Below, one piece after another: positions 48,971 to 62,107 of a stretch of 64,000 nt of DNA; position 1 is the first letter of the stretch; each line of letters opens with the position of its first letter. The translations under genes and the position numbers were made by a program. The notes beneath the pieces were generated by a model. It made no database searches, had not been told where the DNA came from, and saw only the letters and a program-made list of their open reading frames with translations. This DNA comes from Scyliorhinus canicula. Its lineage: Eukaryota. The stretch lies in the NCBI RefSeq assembly GCF_902713615.1, contig NC_052167.1:12249983-12313982 (forward strand). Direction: 5' to 3'.

Positions 48971-50203
48971 GGAACTAGGTCAGCAGCAGCAACCCGGGGG
49001 GAGGGGGGGAAAGAAGGGGGGGGGGCGTTGACTATGTTTATTTTATTTTGTTTTAATTTATTTTCCAGTTCTCTTGCTGTGTACTGAGTTTGGGGGGGTG
49101 GGGGGGGGGGGGTTCGATATATGCGTTGCTACAGTCTTGGGGGTGTTATGCTTATTATTATGTTGTTTTATTGTTGCTTGTTACTGTTTGTTGTTATATA
49201 TTTTGTTAAAAAAAATTTCAATAAAAATTATTTTTAAAAAAAGAATTCCGATACATCAAGGCGCAGTCTCAAAGTCCAATGGGTAAGTGTCTTTAATCAA
49301 CTATTCGCTAGGTGACACACCAAAATGGCCGAAGTCTGATCACGTGGACCATTTCAGGGTCAGCCACGATGCCTTTCCTGTAGTTAGGGAGCTTGCGATT
49401 TGCTGTTCAGCCACGGTTCAATGGGGAATAGGGAGCAGACTAGAGACTGCGGAATTCTAGTCCAGCAACGATTCACCCTCCTCGGGTTAGAGGAGGAGAA
49501 TAGCGAGCAATTTAAAAATGAAATCAGCTTTAGTGCTCAGCTGAGTTCAAGGAAGGGATTATGTTCCACATGCTCCTTACATAACTGAGCAGCATTCCGG
49601 CCAGTAGAGATCACACTGCTTTGTTAGAAATCACATTGCTCGTAATGCTGCGTGAAAGGAGGAACCGAAATGAGTAAAACTTTCAACTTCTGGGCAAAAA
49701 TAAACCAACAGATTCTTTGAATAAAGATCAACGTTCAATCGCCAGTCCCTCACTAATCCTTAATTTGCTCACAAAGGGCTGAATTCTAATGAGACTCGAT
49801 GACTGCTTCTTTGAAGAGGGGCTGGCCACAGCATCAACAGATTGAGGGGATTTGGCACCCGTTGTTCTGCTTCCCATTGTTCCCATCCCTGACATTCAGA
49901 CAAACAAATTTGCTTGTTCCCCAGAGGTTTCAGTGAGGCACATCAGGCTGTCAAAGTTGTCACCTGCGAACGTCTTTAACAATGTTTTCTTAACAGTTTA
50001 AGGCTTCCTGCACTTATATGTTCTTGGTAAAACAGAATGGCTTTTTTGTTAATGTTTCAAAATTTCCAGCATTGATCCACCTCAGATTTATTTAGGGAAA
50101 CGCATACTGAAAATAAGATAGAATCAAATGCACGCACATACTTTGTCAGCAGGCAGTTTAATCTGTGCTAACTGTGCCGAAGAATTAGCTTGTAATTACT
50201 TAC

Positions 50204-50325
50204 TACTGCAGCTTAGATGGTACCTGTCCCAGGCAATGGCAGCACATGCATTAATGCTTGCCAGGGATGCTAGAAATCCTTGGAAACCATGGGTCTGGCA
50301 GCCTTCAGTTCCATAAGGCCAGTAC
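50204..50325 (-). CDS. RGR: RGR exon 3 (122 nt)
   Basis: Acceptor ctcctAG, (R)YWPYGTEGCQTHGFQGFLASLASINACAAIAWDRYHLSCS, donor GTAAGT. Confidence 0.97.
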
Positions 50326-50393
50326 CTAGGAGGAAGCAGGCAAGAGATGTATAAAAGTGTCAATGGGAGGCCAAAATTAAATATCCTGAATAT

Positions 50394-50690
50394 AGGGTGG
50401 CAGAGTGGTTAGCACTGCTACCTCACAGCACCAGGGACCCGGGTTTGATTCCAACCTTGGATGACTGTGTGGAGTTTGCATGTTCTCCCCACGTCTGCGT
50501 GGGTTTCCACCGGGTGCTCCAGTTTCCTCCCACAGTCACAAAGGTGTGCAGGTTAGGTGGATTGGCCATGATAAATTGCCCCTTAGTGTCCAAAACTTTG
50601 GGTGGGTTACAGGGATAGGGTGGAGGCATAGGGATAGGTAGGGTGCTCTTTCGGAGTGCTGGTGCAGAATCGCCCTGTAGGGATTCTATG
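50394..50690 (+). mobile_element. HE1/V-SINE
   Basis: Head, V-core and tail present. Confidence 0.85.
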
Positions 50691-50839
50691 ATACAATGGT
50701 CACCAATAAATCAGTAGCAAATTCAGGGAAAACATCTTTATCCAGGGACTAGTTATGACGTGGAACATGCTACCAGTAGATTGATGTATTTAAGGGGACA
50801 CAGGAAGGGGAAAGGAACTGAAAGCAAAGTGCATCAATG

Positions 50840-52390
50840 GCTTCAGTGCCGCTACATGGTCTCGTCTAGACCTGGAAAAATTGATCAATTTTGCTTCCAA
50901 TTTCCACTTCTCTATCATCTTAACATGGTCCATCTTCCCTTCCCTTCCTTGACCTCTCTAACTCCATTTCTAGGAATAGACTGTCCATTAGTGTCCATCA
51001 TAAACCCAGCGGCTCCCACAGCTTCCTCGGCTACAGCTTTTCACACCTCACATCCTGTAGGGATTCCATCCCATTCTCCCAAATTGCTCAGCTGAAGGGC
51101 AGGTTGAGGATGGGCGACAATGTTGTGCCTCGCCAGTGACGTCCACATCCCATGAAAGAGTGAATGTAAAAATAAACTTGAGTTTAGCTCATGGAGTTGG
51201 AAGGACAAATTGTACGTTACCATCCCCATATGGTTTGGCGGCATGGTAGCAGTGATTACAATTGCTTCACAGCTCCAGGGTCCCAGGTTCGATTCCCGGC
51301 TGGGTCACTGTCTGTGCGGAGTCTGCACATTCTCCCCATGTCTGCGTGGGTTTCCTCCGGGCGCTCCGGTTTCCTCCCACAAAGATGTGCCGGTTAGGTG
51401 GATTGGCCATTCTAAATTGCCCTTCGTGTCCAAAAAGTATAGGTGGGGTTACTGGGTTACAGGGATAGGATGGTGGCATGGACTTAAAGAGTGTGCTCTT
51501 TCCAAGGACCGGTGCAGACCCGATGGGCCGAATAGCCTCCTTCTGCACTGTAAATTCTAAGATTCTATGATTCCCAGTTACTTCGCCTGTCACATCTGTT
51601 CCGATGAGACCACTTTCCAAAATGGTGCTGCTGGCATGTCTTCTTTTTTCCTTAATAGTTGTTCCCCATCCACTGTGGGTGACAGGGCACTCAACCATCT
51701 CCCATACCCCTGCTCTCATCCTTTCCCCTCTCAGAAACAGGATAGTGTCCCCCTTGTCCTCACTTTTAATTCCACGGGTCTCTGCATTCTAAGGGATCAT
51801 CCTCCACCAGTTCTGCCTCCAGTATGATCCTGCCCCCAAACCCAACTTCCCCCCCTTCAGCATTCCATGGGGACCATTCCCTCTGGGATACCCTGGTCCA
51901 CTCCTCCATCACCCTCTTTGCACACACCTTCCCCTGCAATTGCAGAAGATGTTAACATCTGCTGGCATTACCTCCTCCCTGCTCATTATCCAAGAGTCTA
52001 AACACTCTTTTCAGGTGAGATAGCACTTTATGTGCACCTCCTTCAATCGCTGCTCCCAATGTGGTCTACTCTGCATTGGAGAGACTAAACCCAAACTGGG
52101 TGACCGCTCTATAGAACACCTCTGGTCTGTCCGCAGGCAGGCCACACGTATTCCTGTCGCTGCCATTTCAACTCACCGTCCTGCCCTCATGTCCACATGT
52201 CCGTCCTTGGCCTGCTGCAATGTTCCAGTGAAGCCCAGCGCCAACTGGAGAAACAGCACCTCATCTTCCGATTCGGCACGTTACACCTTCACCCCATTTT
52301 AATTCTATCAATTTATTTTAATTTCTTCCATCGGTTTTTTTTTGCCCCCTCATCATTGTCTCTCCTGGCCCCACCCCACTAGCGCCATTT
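50840..52390 (+). mobile_element. Penelope-like element remnant (GIY-YIG), interrupted by an HE1 SINE at 51236-51569
   Basis: RCSQCGLLCIGETK.KLGDR.IEHL and RQLEKQHLIFRFGTL fragments. Confidence 0.8.
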
Positions 52391-52557
52391 GTTCCCTATG
52401 TTCCACTGTGTGGCATGGTTGGGATGAAGTACAGTGAGAGGGGCCTGGTGGGGAATAACTCTGGTATGGACCAGTTGAGCCCAGTGACCTATTTCTGCGA
52501 TGTGCACACCATGGAATTCCTCCAAAACCAAACTAAATGATTGAATTGCACATCTAC

Positions 52558-52714
52558 CTCAGAAAGCTTGAGAAAGCAGCTACAAATGCATTCAGGCAAA
52601 TCCCAGAGTCGGATACAGCCAAGCTGGCCACGAGAAGATTACTTGGTGTCTGGAGTTCTTTTATCTTGTAAAAGGACAACAATGTTATGGCGTTCAGGAG
52701 CAGTCCGAGAAGAG
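52558..52714 (-). CDS. RGR: RGR exon 2 (157 nt)
   Basis: Acceptor ccacAG, ALLGLLLNAITLLSFYKIKELQTPSNLLVASLAVSDSGICLNAFVAAFSSFLR, donor GTAGAT. Confidence 0.97.
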
Positions 52715-53485
52715 CTGTGGAGCAGAGATCAAAGAAATCTGAGAAAGAGTCCAAATGACGAAGCAAGAATCTTCTTATTCAGTTGGGCTGGGTCACACAG
52801 ATGTTTATGTTGGCTTTTTGTTTCGAAAGGCAGAATCTAATTGAGACAACACTGCAGGAACAAGTGCATCTTTAAACCAAACTGAAATCTGAAGAACTTT
52901 CACCTACAGAGAGCCAAATAGCAAAATACCCACCTATTCAGTAATATCGAAACAGATTAAAGAATTTAGTGAGTTGTCGAACTAGCTCAGGCACAAACTT
53001 ACTAATGAAGCAATTAAACAGAAAACTGGTCAGCATTTAACCAAGCACAGAGATAATAATAATAAATAAAATATAAGATAAATGAAAGATAAATGAAATA
53101 TACGTGGGAGGTAGCTCCTGACACACACTTTCCACATAACCATTGGAGCCCTGGGATTTTTTTGGTTGCACACAACTTAGTGCTAGCACGATAGTTGTGA
53201 AAGATTAACACCCTTTCTCTTGCTGAATGCATTAGTCTAGGAGCTTTTCACAGTTAACTTCATACTTGTGACAATAATAGTCATGCCACCGATTTGCACA
53301 ACCCTGAAGTTTGCTTTTTATTTACACATGCTAAAGCACATGGACGTTCAAGCACATCGCACTGCCAACTCTTAATAAATAGTGGCGGGAAGTGAAGACT
53401 TGATGGAGCGCACATTGACAGACATCATTTCCACTGGCTTCTGCGAAAGCAGACAATCAGGAATGAACCCCAGCCCCAGCTTTAC

Positions 53486-53564
53486 CTTCCAGTAACAGAG
53501 CGGTGCCCAATGCGAACACTTCCAGCTCAGTGAATCCCTCAATCGATGGTTCGGTAGTTACCAT
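53486..53564 (-). CDS. RGR: RGR exon 1 coding part (79 nt)
   Basis: MVTTEPSIEGFTELEVFALGTALLLE, donor GTAAAG. The seven exons sum to 888 nt (295 aa plus stop) with consistent phases. Confidence 0.95.
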
Positions 53565-53684
53565 CCTTACACTCTGGGTCCGGTTAGAACCTGACTTCTT
53601 CACTGCAAACACTGCTTACCAAAAAAGAAAATCACAAATCGCTTCTGGAAAGGCATTAACCCAGCACGGGATACGTGCCAGTTG

Positions 53685-53775
53685 TTTTTATTATAAACTC
53701 TGGGAGAGAGGGGAGGGCAGGGGAGGGAGGTTAAGCAATCTTCAAGAGCGTCCCATGACTGCAGAGCTTACCCAG
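53685..53775 (-). promoter_or_regulatory. RGR proximal promoter (TATA-like box and OTX-type site)
   Basis: Minus strand TATAATAAAA about 125 nt upstream of the ATG; TAAGCT at ~53770-53765. Confidence 0.5.
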
Positions 53776-54709
53776 TCGTCTCTGCAGACCCAGAAATAAG
53801 TTCATTGAATCACAACAAGGTCTTTGTGAAGGAGCCAGAATTATAACTTGTTTGTGGAAAGGGCTGTAACTGGCAGCTTACCATTCCCATTCAGCCGCAG
53901 CTCTCACTGCTTTTCATCCTCAAGCCTCTCATGTTTGCAAATAATCTTACTTAATGACAAATATCAAAAGCCTGTTTATCTAAAGGATGCGCTTAAACGA
54001 TTAATATCGCTTCACTTGAATGAGATATGCTGTTAAATGAAATTGGGTTCGCTCCTGTATATATCCTCAATGTTAACAATCGGTGATGGAGTTGGTTAGG
54101 CTCCATGCTTAACGCTAACGATTCCTCCCGACACTCTCAGTAATGTTTGTGTTTCACTGTATGTCTCCTCGCTCAAATTTATCACTAATGTATCATTTTG
54201 TGACACCCCATTGAAGAGATGGTCCCAGGCCATCGCTGCTGCTAATTGTGGTACAATTGTGGTACTAATCAGAGCTAAGACCCACGCTGTCAGACATGTG
54301 GGTAACGTTTCAGCACCATTACACACTGTCTTCGGGGAGATTGCAGCGACGAAGACATTCTCACCCAGCTTCTTCTGGAATGTCAGCCAGAAGGTTGCTA
54401 GACCACTCCAGGCACAGTGCAACATTCCCTCCATCATGTCCTGAGAGGCCAGACGAAGCACTCAAGGCTCTGGGGTGGGCAACCGCAGAGGCAGGGGCTG
54501 CCACCTCAGACTCAAGTCGATACCTCGCTGGAAAATTAATGAAAGGCAAGAAAAGGTCAGCATTAAAATTACGGGTGCGACAATTCAAGGAGCATGGTTT
54601 GAAACCTCCACATCACCACTTCCTTGAGATATTGCTGCTAAATACATACAACACAGATTGTTTTTCAAGAGGCAAACTCTCAAGGCTGAGCGCATTCGGC
54701 CTTTTCTTC

Positions 54710-55040
54710 TAGAATCATAGAATCCTTACAGTGCAGAGGGAGGCCATTTAGCCCATCGAGCCTGCACTAACCCTCTGAAAGAGCACCCTACCTAGGCCCA
54801 CTCCGCCACCCTATCTCCTTAACCCCACCTGACATGCACATCTTTGGACGCTAAGGGGCAATTTATCAGGGCCAATACACCTAATTTGCATATCTTTGGA
54901 CTGTGGGAGAAAACCGGATCACCTGGAAGAAATCCACGCAGACGCGGGGAGAATGTGCAGATTCCACACAGACAGTTACCCAAGGCCAGAATTGAACCAG
55001 TGTCCCTGGCGCTGTGAGGCAGCAGTGCTAGCCCCTGTGT
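54710..55040 (-). mobile_element. HE1/V-SINE; a further truncated copy at 55908-56147
   Basis: V-core in reverse. Confidence 0.82.
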
Positions 55041-57367
55041 CACAGCAGTCAATTGAAAGGCAGCAAAGAAGATGCATTATTTACTTGGCCAGGCAATATC
55101 ACATTGATAATTGCAAATTATTTCTGAACTGTGCAGTAAGTATCAGTATATTTAGGAAAGAAAGAATACGCATTTATACATTCAAATGATCCAACTTAAT
55201 GTTTGTGGACTTAGCCAATGTCACCTGAAATTTCCTGTGCATGGTTTGTGATGAATGGACTGTTCTCGGCTGAGGTTGCAATAATAAAACTGGCTACAAC
55301 ACATTTGGCTGAGAGTATGGACAAATAGCCAGGATTGATGCTTGTGCCCCTCTTGCAAGAATGGATGTACGGACTTCAGGGCTGTATCAGTTTGTGCTCA
55401 GATACTCCCCATGGTCAATATCTACTGTCAGGGCATACATATGAAGAATAGCCATTTGGTCAGTAACCTGTTGGGGCCAAGCAGTCAGAACAAGTCAGCG
55501 GTTTCAAGAGAAATGACGAATGCGGAAAAAAACGGCAGGAAAAAATTGACATGTACCTTCATTTTAGAAACTTATCTGTGCTACAATCAGCCAAACAATG
55601 GTTTGCTTATTAATGTGCCACTGCTGTGAACTCAGATAAAAATGATTTACATGAACCAAATGATCAGTTAAATTCTGGGAATATTCATATCGTCAAAGCA
55701 TGTGAACACAACATCCCATCCACACCATGTCTCAGTGAGATCATATTTTCTTAAAATAAGTATGCTTTCCATTATTGCAAAGTAACAGGATGTGAACCAT
55801 CATTTGCTTTGGATTTGCAGCTATGACTGAGCAATAGATTAGATTAAGGAAATCATAACTCGAGTTGCCATTTGTGAGGAATCTGCCATATTTGTAAGAC
55901 CATAACTTTTCTACAGTGCAGAAAGAGACCATTCAGCCCATCAAGTCTGCATCGAACCTCTGAAAGGGGCCCCCTACCTAGGGCCACTACCCCACCCTAT
56001 CCCTGTAACCCCACCTCACCTCCACATCTTTGGACACGAAGGGGCAATTTAGCATGGCCAATCCACCTAACCTGCATGTCTTTGGAAAGTGGGACAAAAC
56101 CGGAGCACCCGGAGGAAACCCACACCAGACACGGGGAAAATATGCAAATGGGACCCAGATATAACTGATGCAGTCCTTTAACAGGCTTTATGTCAGCTAC
56201 ACACTCGCAATTAAATAATGGAAAATAATGGACTGTCGCTGGACACAAAAATTTGGCAAAACATGAGATCCAGAGTAACATCAATAGGCACAAATTCATA
56301 AAGAACAATCCAGATCGGAACAAGGTTTGTTTTGAGACCAATTGAAGGGGCAATGCAATTTGACTGAACGATATGTAGTTATTTTACTGCATTTAGTACG
56401 AGGTAAATTGCTGAAAGTAATTCTCTTTGATAAAGTTAACCAAAAAGTAAAATGTGACTCATCAGAGATAAAATTAAGGTTGTTTAAAACAGGTGATGAT
56501 TTGTACTTGGACATTAGGAGCACAATATCATATTTATTGCCTGACACAAAATGTCAACAGTTTGGTAAAACGTGAAGAACACAGTAAAATATTTCAAGAA
56601 GACATGGATAGTGTTAGTAGAACAACCCGATGTGGAAGCAGACATTTCATGTAAAGAAGTACGGAGTGATGCATTTTACTGCCGGAAAACGAAGAAAATA
56701 AGGGATACACTCAATGGGAAGGTGACAACATTTGTGGAAGATTAGAAAGATTTAAGGATGTGTGAATGTGTAGATGCTGAGAAGGCAGGTTACCACAGTT
56801 AGGGTTTGGTGGGACCCACAGAAATGTAGTTGTGGCATTTTGATAGTGGTGGGCAAAGAAGCCACGCTGGTTCCTGATCATGTTCGCATGCCTTTTTTCA
56901 TGCAGTGGAAGGTTGCTGAAAAGAACCTTCTAGCAAAGTGTTAGACAGAAAGTCATTGTGCTGCCACTGTGAGTTCCATTGGCACAGACGTCATCGGGAA
57001 AGGGAGAATTTCTTACTAATGTCTATTCTGGTGAGGTTTTCTACTTCTCTGCAATTGTTGGGTTTGGGTGTGATTGGGAGAGACAAGAACACCAATAAGG
57101 AAGCGTGGCCTCCTTGGCATCTTTCCATTTGTCCTTTTATCCTTCGAACGCGTCACCTTGAAGTTTTCTGGTTTAAAATAAAAATCATTTCCAGGATGTG
57201 GCCGTGGCTGGTTAGGCCAGCATTTATTGCCCATCCCCTGCTGCCCTTCAGAAGGTGGTGGTGTGTTGTCTTCTTGAGCCACTGCAGTTCCTAAGGTGTA
57301 GGTACACCCACATTGCTCATGGCAAACATTCTTACCAATGAAGGGTATTTTTACCTTTTATTCATGT

Positions 57368-57941
57368 TGTCATGTGAGAGTGCCTTTAAGAATTGGATGT
57401 TTAAGAAATGTACCTTCAAGAAATGAAGCTGATCATATTACTGAAGTGATGTCATGAGGGGGGGGGGAGCTGAGCTCACTTCTACTTTATGGGAGTTTTA
57501 GTTTCAGTTTGAAGAAAGCTTGGGTGTGGCTCGGAGCTGCATTGCCGGTGATCTCTGCCATGAAGGACTATCTCTTAATCCTTTGGTGAAATCGGAATTG
57601 TAAAAAGGTCTCAGTATTGAATATAAATCTAATGTGCTTCTGTTTGAAGGATTTGTTCAGTCTTTTGGATGTGTAAAGGAATGGTTTGGAGGATTGGGTA
57701 GTGTTGTATTATTTTCGGGGTTATCTTTGAAGTAAGGGGTGTTAAGAGTTTATTTAAAAGGTTAATTTGAGTTCATGGAATAAACATTGTTTTGTTTTAT
57801 TTTAAAAACCACGTGTCCATAATTGTAATACTACACCTGGGGAACAAGCCGTTTGCTTCAAAAGCAACAATCCATTAAAGGTGGGGGTTGGTTGAACTCC
57901 ATGATACATTTTGGTGTTCTGAAAACACCTCTCCCATAACA
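57368..57941 (+). mobile_element. Solo LTR, same family as 199-785
   Basis: TGTCATG...CATAACA termini with 4-bp TSD ATGT. Confidence 0.85.
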
Positions 57942-58172
57942 ATGTTCAAGATGCTGTTATCTCTCCATGGCCAGCATATAATTCCCACCTCTCATTGCTT
58001 TTGAGGCGTGTGGGAAAATGAAAGACCAAATAGGTACACCTGCCATTCTAGCACATGAAAGCCTAATCACCAGATGGAAACAAAAGACTGAATGTATTTA
58101 CCTTGAGGTGAATTTGCCTTTTAAATGTTTTCCCACTTACAGGTCCCCCTGAGATATTTCCCCACTATCACG

Positions 58173-58520
58173 GGGCATCAGGGTAGCATGGTGGTTAGCA
58201 TAAATGCTTCACAGCTCCAGGGTCCCAGGTTCGATTCCCGGCTGGGTCACTGTCTGTGTGGAGTCTGCACGTCCTCCCCCTGTGTGCATGGGTTTCCTCC
58301 GGGTGCTCCGGTTTCCTCCCACAGTCCAAAGATGTGCGGGTTAGGTGGATTGGCCATGCTAAATTGCCCGTAGTGTCCTAATAAAAGTAAGGTTAAGGGG
58401 GGGCTTGTTGGGTTACGGGTATAGGGTGGATACGTGGGTTTGAGTAGGGTGATCATGGCTCGGCACAACATCGAGGGCCGAAGGGCCTGTTCTGTGCTGT
58501 ACTGTTCTATGTTTTATGTT
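58173..58520 (+). mobile_element. Young HE1/V-SINE with TSD CTATCACG
   Basis: TSD at 58165-58172 and 58521-58528; very similar to 60833-61180. Confidence 0.9.
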
Positions 58521-59398
58521 CTATCACGTTTCACCTCAGGTATTTTACTCAACCACAGCTTGAGCATTATATCACTCATGGATTGGGCTTGTATTTGCTG
58601 CTGTGAAGGCTATTAACAGACGTGATTAGGGCAAAATGTGAACTATACGTCCCACAGCATTTACCTTTAGTTTCATGGACCTTTGCCATTTGACAGGTAA
58701 TGACGAGTGTTGAAAATTAAATATTTGACATTTAAATATTTAACATATTGCTTTTGCTCCGGAGTTTAAGAATGGTATAACACAAAAAGAGAACATCGGC
58801 TCTTGACATACACAGCACTGGTGATAGCAAATCTGGAGTACTGAGTTTCTTATTGAAGGAAAAATATAAATGCATTAGAAACAGCTGAGAGAAGTTTAAT
58901 AGACTAACACCAGGAATGGACTTATGAGGAAAGTTGGAAAGGCTAGGATTGTATTTTTAAAAATTATTTCATGGGATGTGGGCATTGTTGGCTTTAACAT
59001 TCAACCACATTGCTGTCAATATTGAGTCATATGTAGATCAGACCAGGTAAGGACAGCAGATTTCCTTCCCTAAAGGACATTAGTGAATTCAAATTCCACA
59101 TCTGCCGTGGTGGGATTCAAACCCAGCTCCCCATTACCCCAGGACTCTGGATTACTAGTCCAGTGACAATACCACAACACCACTACCTCCCACTGTAGTT
59201 TAAGATCCTGAGGGGTCTTGGCAGGATGGATGTGGGGAGGATGTTTCCTCTTGTTGGAAAATCTAGAAGTGAGGGTCACCAATTTTTAAAAAAGGGCTGC
59301 CCATTTAGGACAGAAGTTCTGGTCCCTTATTTGAGGAAAGATGTAGTGGCATTAGAGGCAGTTCAGTGAAAGGCCACTAAGTTGATTCCAGGGATGAG

Positions 59399-60101
59399 GG
59401 TGGGGATCCTCCGCTATCTGGCGATGGGGGCCGAGGGCGCCAAGGAGTGGCGTGAACTATTCTGGCATCGGGCCGCCCGGAAGGTGCGGAATCCTCCGCA
59501 CCTTCCGGGGCTAGACTGGCGCCAGCGGGATTGGCACTGTGCCAGCTGGCGCCGAAGGACCTCTGCCGGCCGGCACGATTTAGCATATGCGCAGGAGCGC
59601 CAACGTGTACTGGCGTCATCCCAGCGCATGTTTAGGGGAATTCTTCTCCGCGCCGGCCATGGGTGACCGTTACACCGGCAGGCGCGGAGGGAAAGAGTGC
59701 CCCCATGGTACAGGCCCGCCCGTGGATCGGTGGGCCTCGATTGCGGGCCAGGCCACTGTGGGGGTCCCTCTCCGGGGCTTGAACACCCCGCCCCCCGCCC
59801 CGGACTCTGCAGGCTGCCCGTAACGCCAGGTCCCGCTGGTACGGACCTGGTGTAATATACGCCGGCGGGACTGGCCGAAAACGGGCGGCCACTTGGCCCA
59901 TCGCGGGGAGGAGAATCGCTGGCGAGGCCGCTGCCATCGGCCCCTGACCAGCACAACACGATTCCCGCCCCCGCTGAAAAACCGGCACCGAAGAATCCAG
60001 CAGCTGGCGTCGGGGCGGAGTTCACGCGCCCCCCCCCCCCCGGCGATTCTCTGGCCCAGCACAGGGGGGGGGGGGGGGGGGGGGGTCAGAGAATCCCGCC
60101 C
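59399..60101. mobile_element. Harbinger-type MITE inserted in a CR1 fragment (59200-60545)
   Basis: TIRs GGTGGGGATCCTC / GAGAATCCCGCCC, 3-bp TSD GAG. CR1 sequence resumes as YEERLNSLGLYSLE. Confidence 0.8.
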
Positions 60102-60554
60102 GAGAGGATATGAAGAGAGATTGAACAGTTTGGGCCTATACTCTCTAGAGTTTGGGAGAATGATGGGAGATCTAATTGAGGTATACAAGATGATGAACGA
60201 TATGGATAAAATAGACATGGAGCAGATGCTTCCTCTTGTGGGGCAATCTGGAACGAGAGGTCACAGTTTTAGTATAAGAGGTAGCAAATTTAAAATGGAG
60301 TTGAGGAGAAACTACTTCTCCCAAAAGGGCCATGAATCTGTGGATTTCGCTGTCCTAGAGTGCGTTGGATGCTGGAACAGTGAGTAAATTTAAGGAGTTA
60401 GGTAGATTTTAATTAGTTGAAGGGTTATGGAGAACGGGCAGGACAGTGGAGTTAAGGCCAAGATGAGATAAGCCATAATCGAATGGCGGCGCAACCTCGA
60501 TGGTCCAAATGGCTTAATTCTGTTCCTCGATCTTATGAGCTTATGAAGAGGTGA

Positions 60555-61756
60555 ACAATGTTCAACACCATTCGTGACTCCTCAGATACTGCAGCAATCC
60601 ACGGGAAAATGCAGCAAGACCTGGACAATATACAAGCTTGGACTGACAAGTGGCAAGCAATATTTACGCTATGCAAGTTCCAGGTAACGGCTATTTCCAA
60701 CAAGAGAGAATCTAGCCATCATCCCTTGACTCTCAGTGGCATTATCAACATTGAATCCCCCACGACTAACATCTTAATGGTTACCATTGGCCAGTAACTG
60801 AACTTGACTAGCCATATAAAAACTATGACTATCGGTAGCACGGTAGCATGGTGGTTAGCATAAATGCTTCGCAGCTCCAGGGTCCCAGGTTCAATTCCTG
60901 GTTGGGTCACTGTCTGTGCGGAGTCTGCACGTCCTCCCCCTGTGTGCGTGGGTTTCCTCCGGGTGCTTCGGTTTCCTCCCACAGTCCAAAGATGTGCGGG
61001 TTAGGTGGATTGGCCATGCTAAATTGCCCGTAGTGTCCTAAAAAGTAAGGTTAAGGGGGGGGGGGGGTTGTTGGGTTACGGTATAGGGTGGATACATGGG
61101 TTTGAGTAGGGTGATCATTGCTCGGCACAACATTGAGGGCCGAAGGGCCTGTTCTGTGCTGTACTGTTCTATGTTCTATGACTATAAGAACAGGATAGAA
61201 GCTCAGAATTTGCGGTGAATAATTCACCTCCTGACTCCTCAAAGCCTGACAACCACCTACAAGGCAGTGTTACGGAATACTTTCCCCTTGCCTGGATGAG
61301 TGCAGCTCCAACAACACTCAAGAAGCTGGCTATCGTCCAACACAAAGCAGCCCATTTGCTTGGAACCTCATGCACAAGCATTCACTCCCTTCATCGCCAA
61401 CACATAGATGCACTGCATCAACTCATCAAGGCTCCTTTGGTCGCACCTTCCAAACACACAACCTCTACTATCTGGAGACGGACAAGGGTAGCAGATACCT
61501 GGGAACACCATCACCTGTAAACCTCCCCGCTAAGTCACTCACCATTCTGACTTGGAAATATATCGCCGTCCCTTCACTGGTGCTGGGTTAGAATCCTAAA
61601 CCCCTTCACTAAAAGCACTGTGGGTGCACCTACACCATACGGCATGCAGCAGTTCAAGAAGACAGCTCACCTGCACCTTCTCAAGCGAAATTAGGGATGG
61701 GCAATAAATGCTGGCCTAGCCAGAGACACCCACATCCCTCAATGAATAATAAAAAA
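60555..61756 (+). mobile_element. CR1/L2-type LINE 3' fragment with a nested HE1 SINE (60833-61180)
   Basis: MQQDLDNIQAWTDKWQ and EYFPLAW fragments; tail shared with SINE family 3. Confidence 0.82.
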
Positions 61757-61774
61757 CTGCTCCACCTGGACCAT

Positions 61775-62050
61775 CTAATCTAATCCCACTCTCATCTACG
61801 TAAATAAATATTTATGCATTTGAAGAGGAGAGATTAAGGCTGGAGCCATGCATGTTAGTCCTCTCAGTGTAATATCTCCCTGCTGCACCCAGACTGCATG
61901 TCAGCCATGCGACTGCAGAAAGCAATAAGCACCTAAGTGAAAATAACTAAAAAGCCCTCCATAATCCTTTTCTATCCTTTTTATCTCGGGATTCGCAGCA
62001 GCAGCCAAGGACTTTGGGATTGCGAACCACAAAGACAAGAGATGCGATTG
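61775..62050 (+). promoter_or_regulatory. LRIT1 proximal promoter with a CRX/OTX (TAATC/GATTA) cluster
   Basis: CTAATCTAATCCC at ~61775, AGATTAAG at ~61831, ATAATCC at ~61962. Confidence 0.5.
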
Positions 62051-62107
62051 AAGCGGAGTTAAGCAGAACAGACCACCCGATCACCAGAGCTGAGAGGAGC
62101 AGAAAAA

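Larger units (their letters stand above)
43461..49241 (+). mobile_element. Full-length L1-clade LINE, antisense within RGR intron 3
   Basis: 15-bp TSD AGAATTCCGATACAT (43446-43460, 49242-49256); ORF1 plus ORF2; AATAAA and an A-rich end. Confidence 0.96.

Noticed and set aside
54096-54712. Overlapping 75-138 aa ORFs upstream of RGR
   Set aside because: No recognisable homology or splice support; more likely regulatory DNA.
199-57941. The two related LTRs as ends of one giant element
   Set aside because: Each has its own distinct TSD (GGGC, ATGT) and they are diverged, so they are independent solo LTRs.
58173-58250. tRNA genes at SINE heads
   Set aside because: A and B boxes run directly into SINE cores; no full cloverleaf.
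59399-60101. CpG island or GC-rich ORFs between RGR and LRIT1
   Set aside because: Explained by a MITE with TIRs and a TSD.
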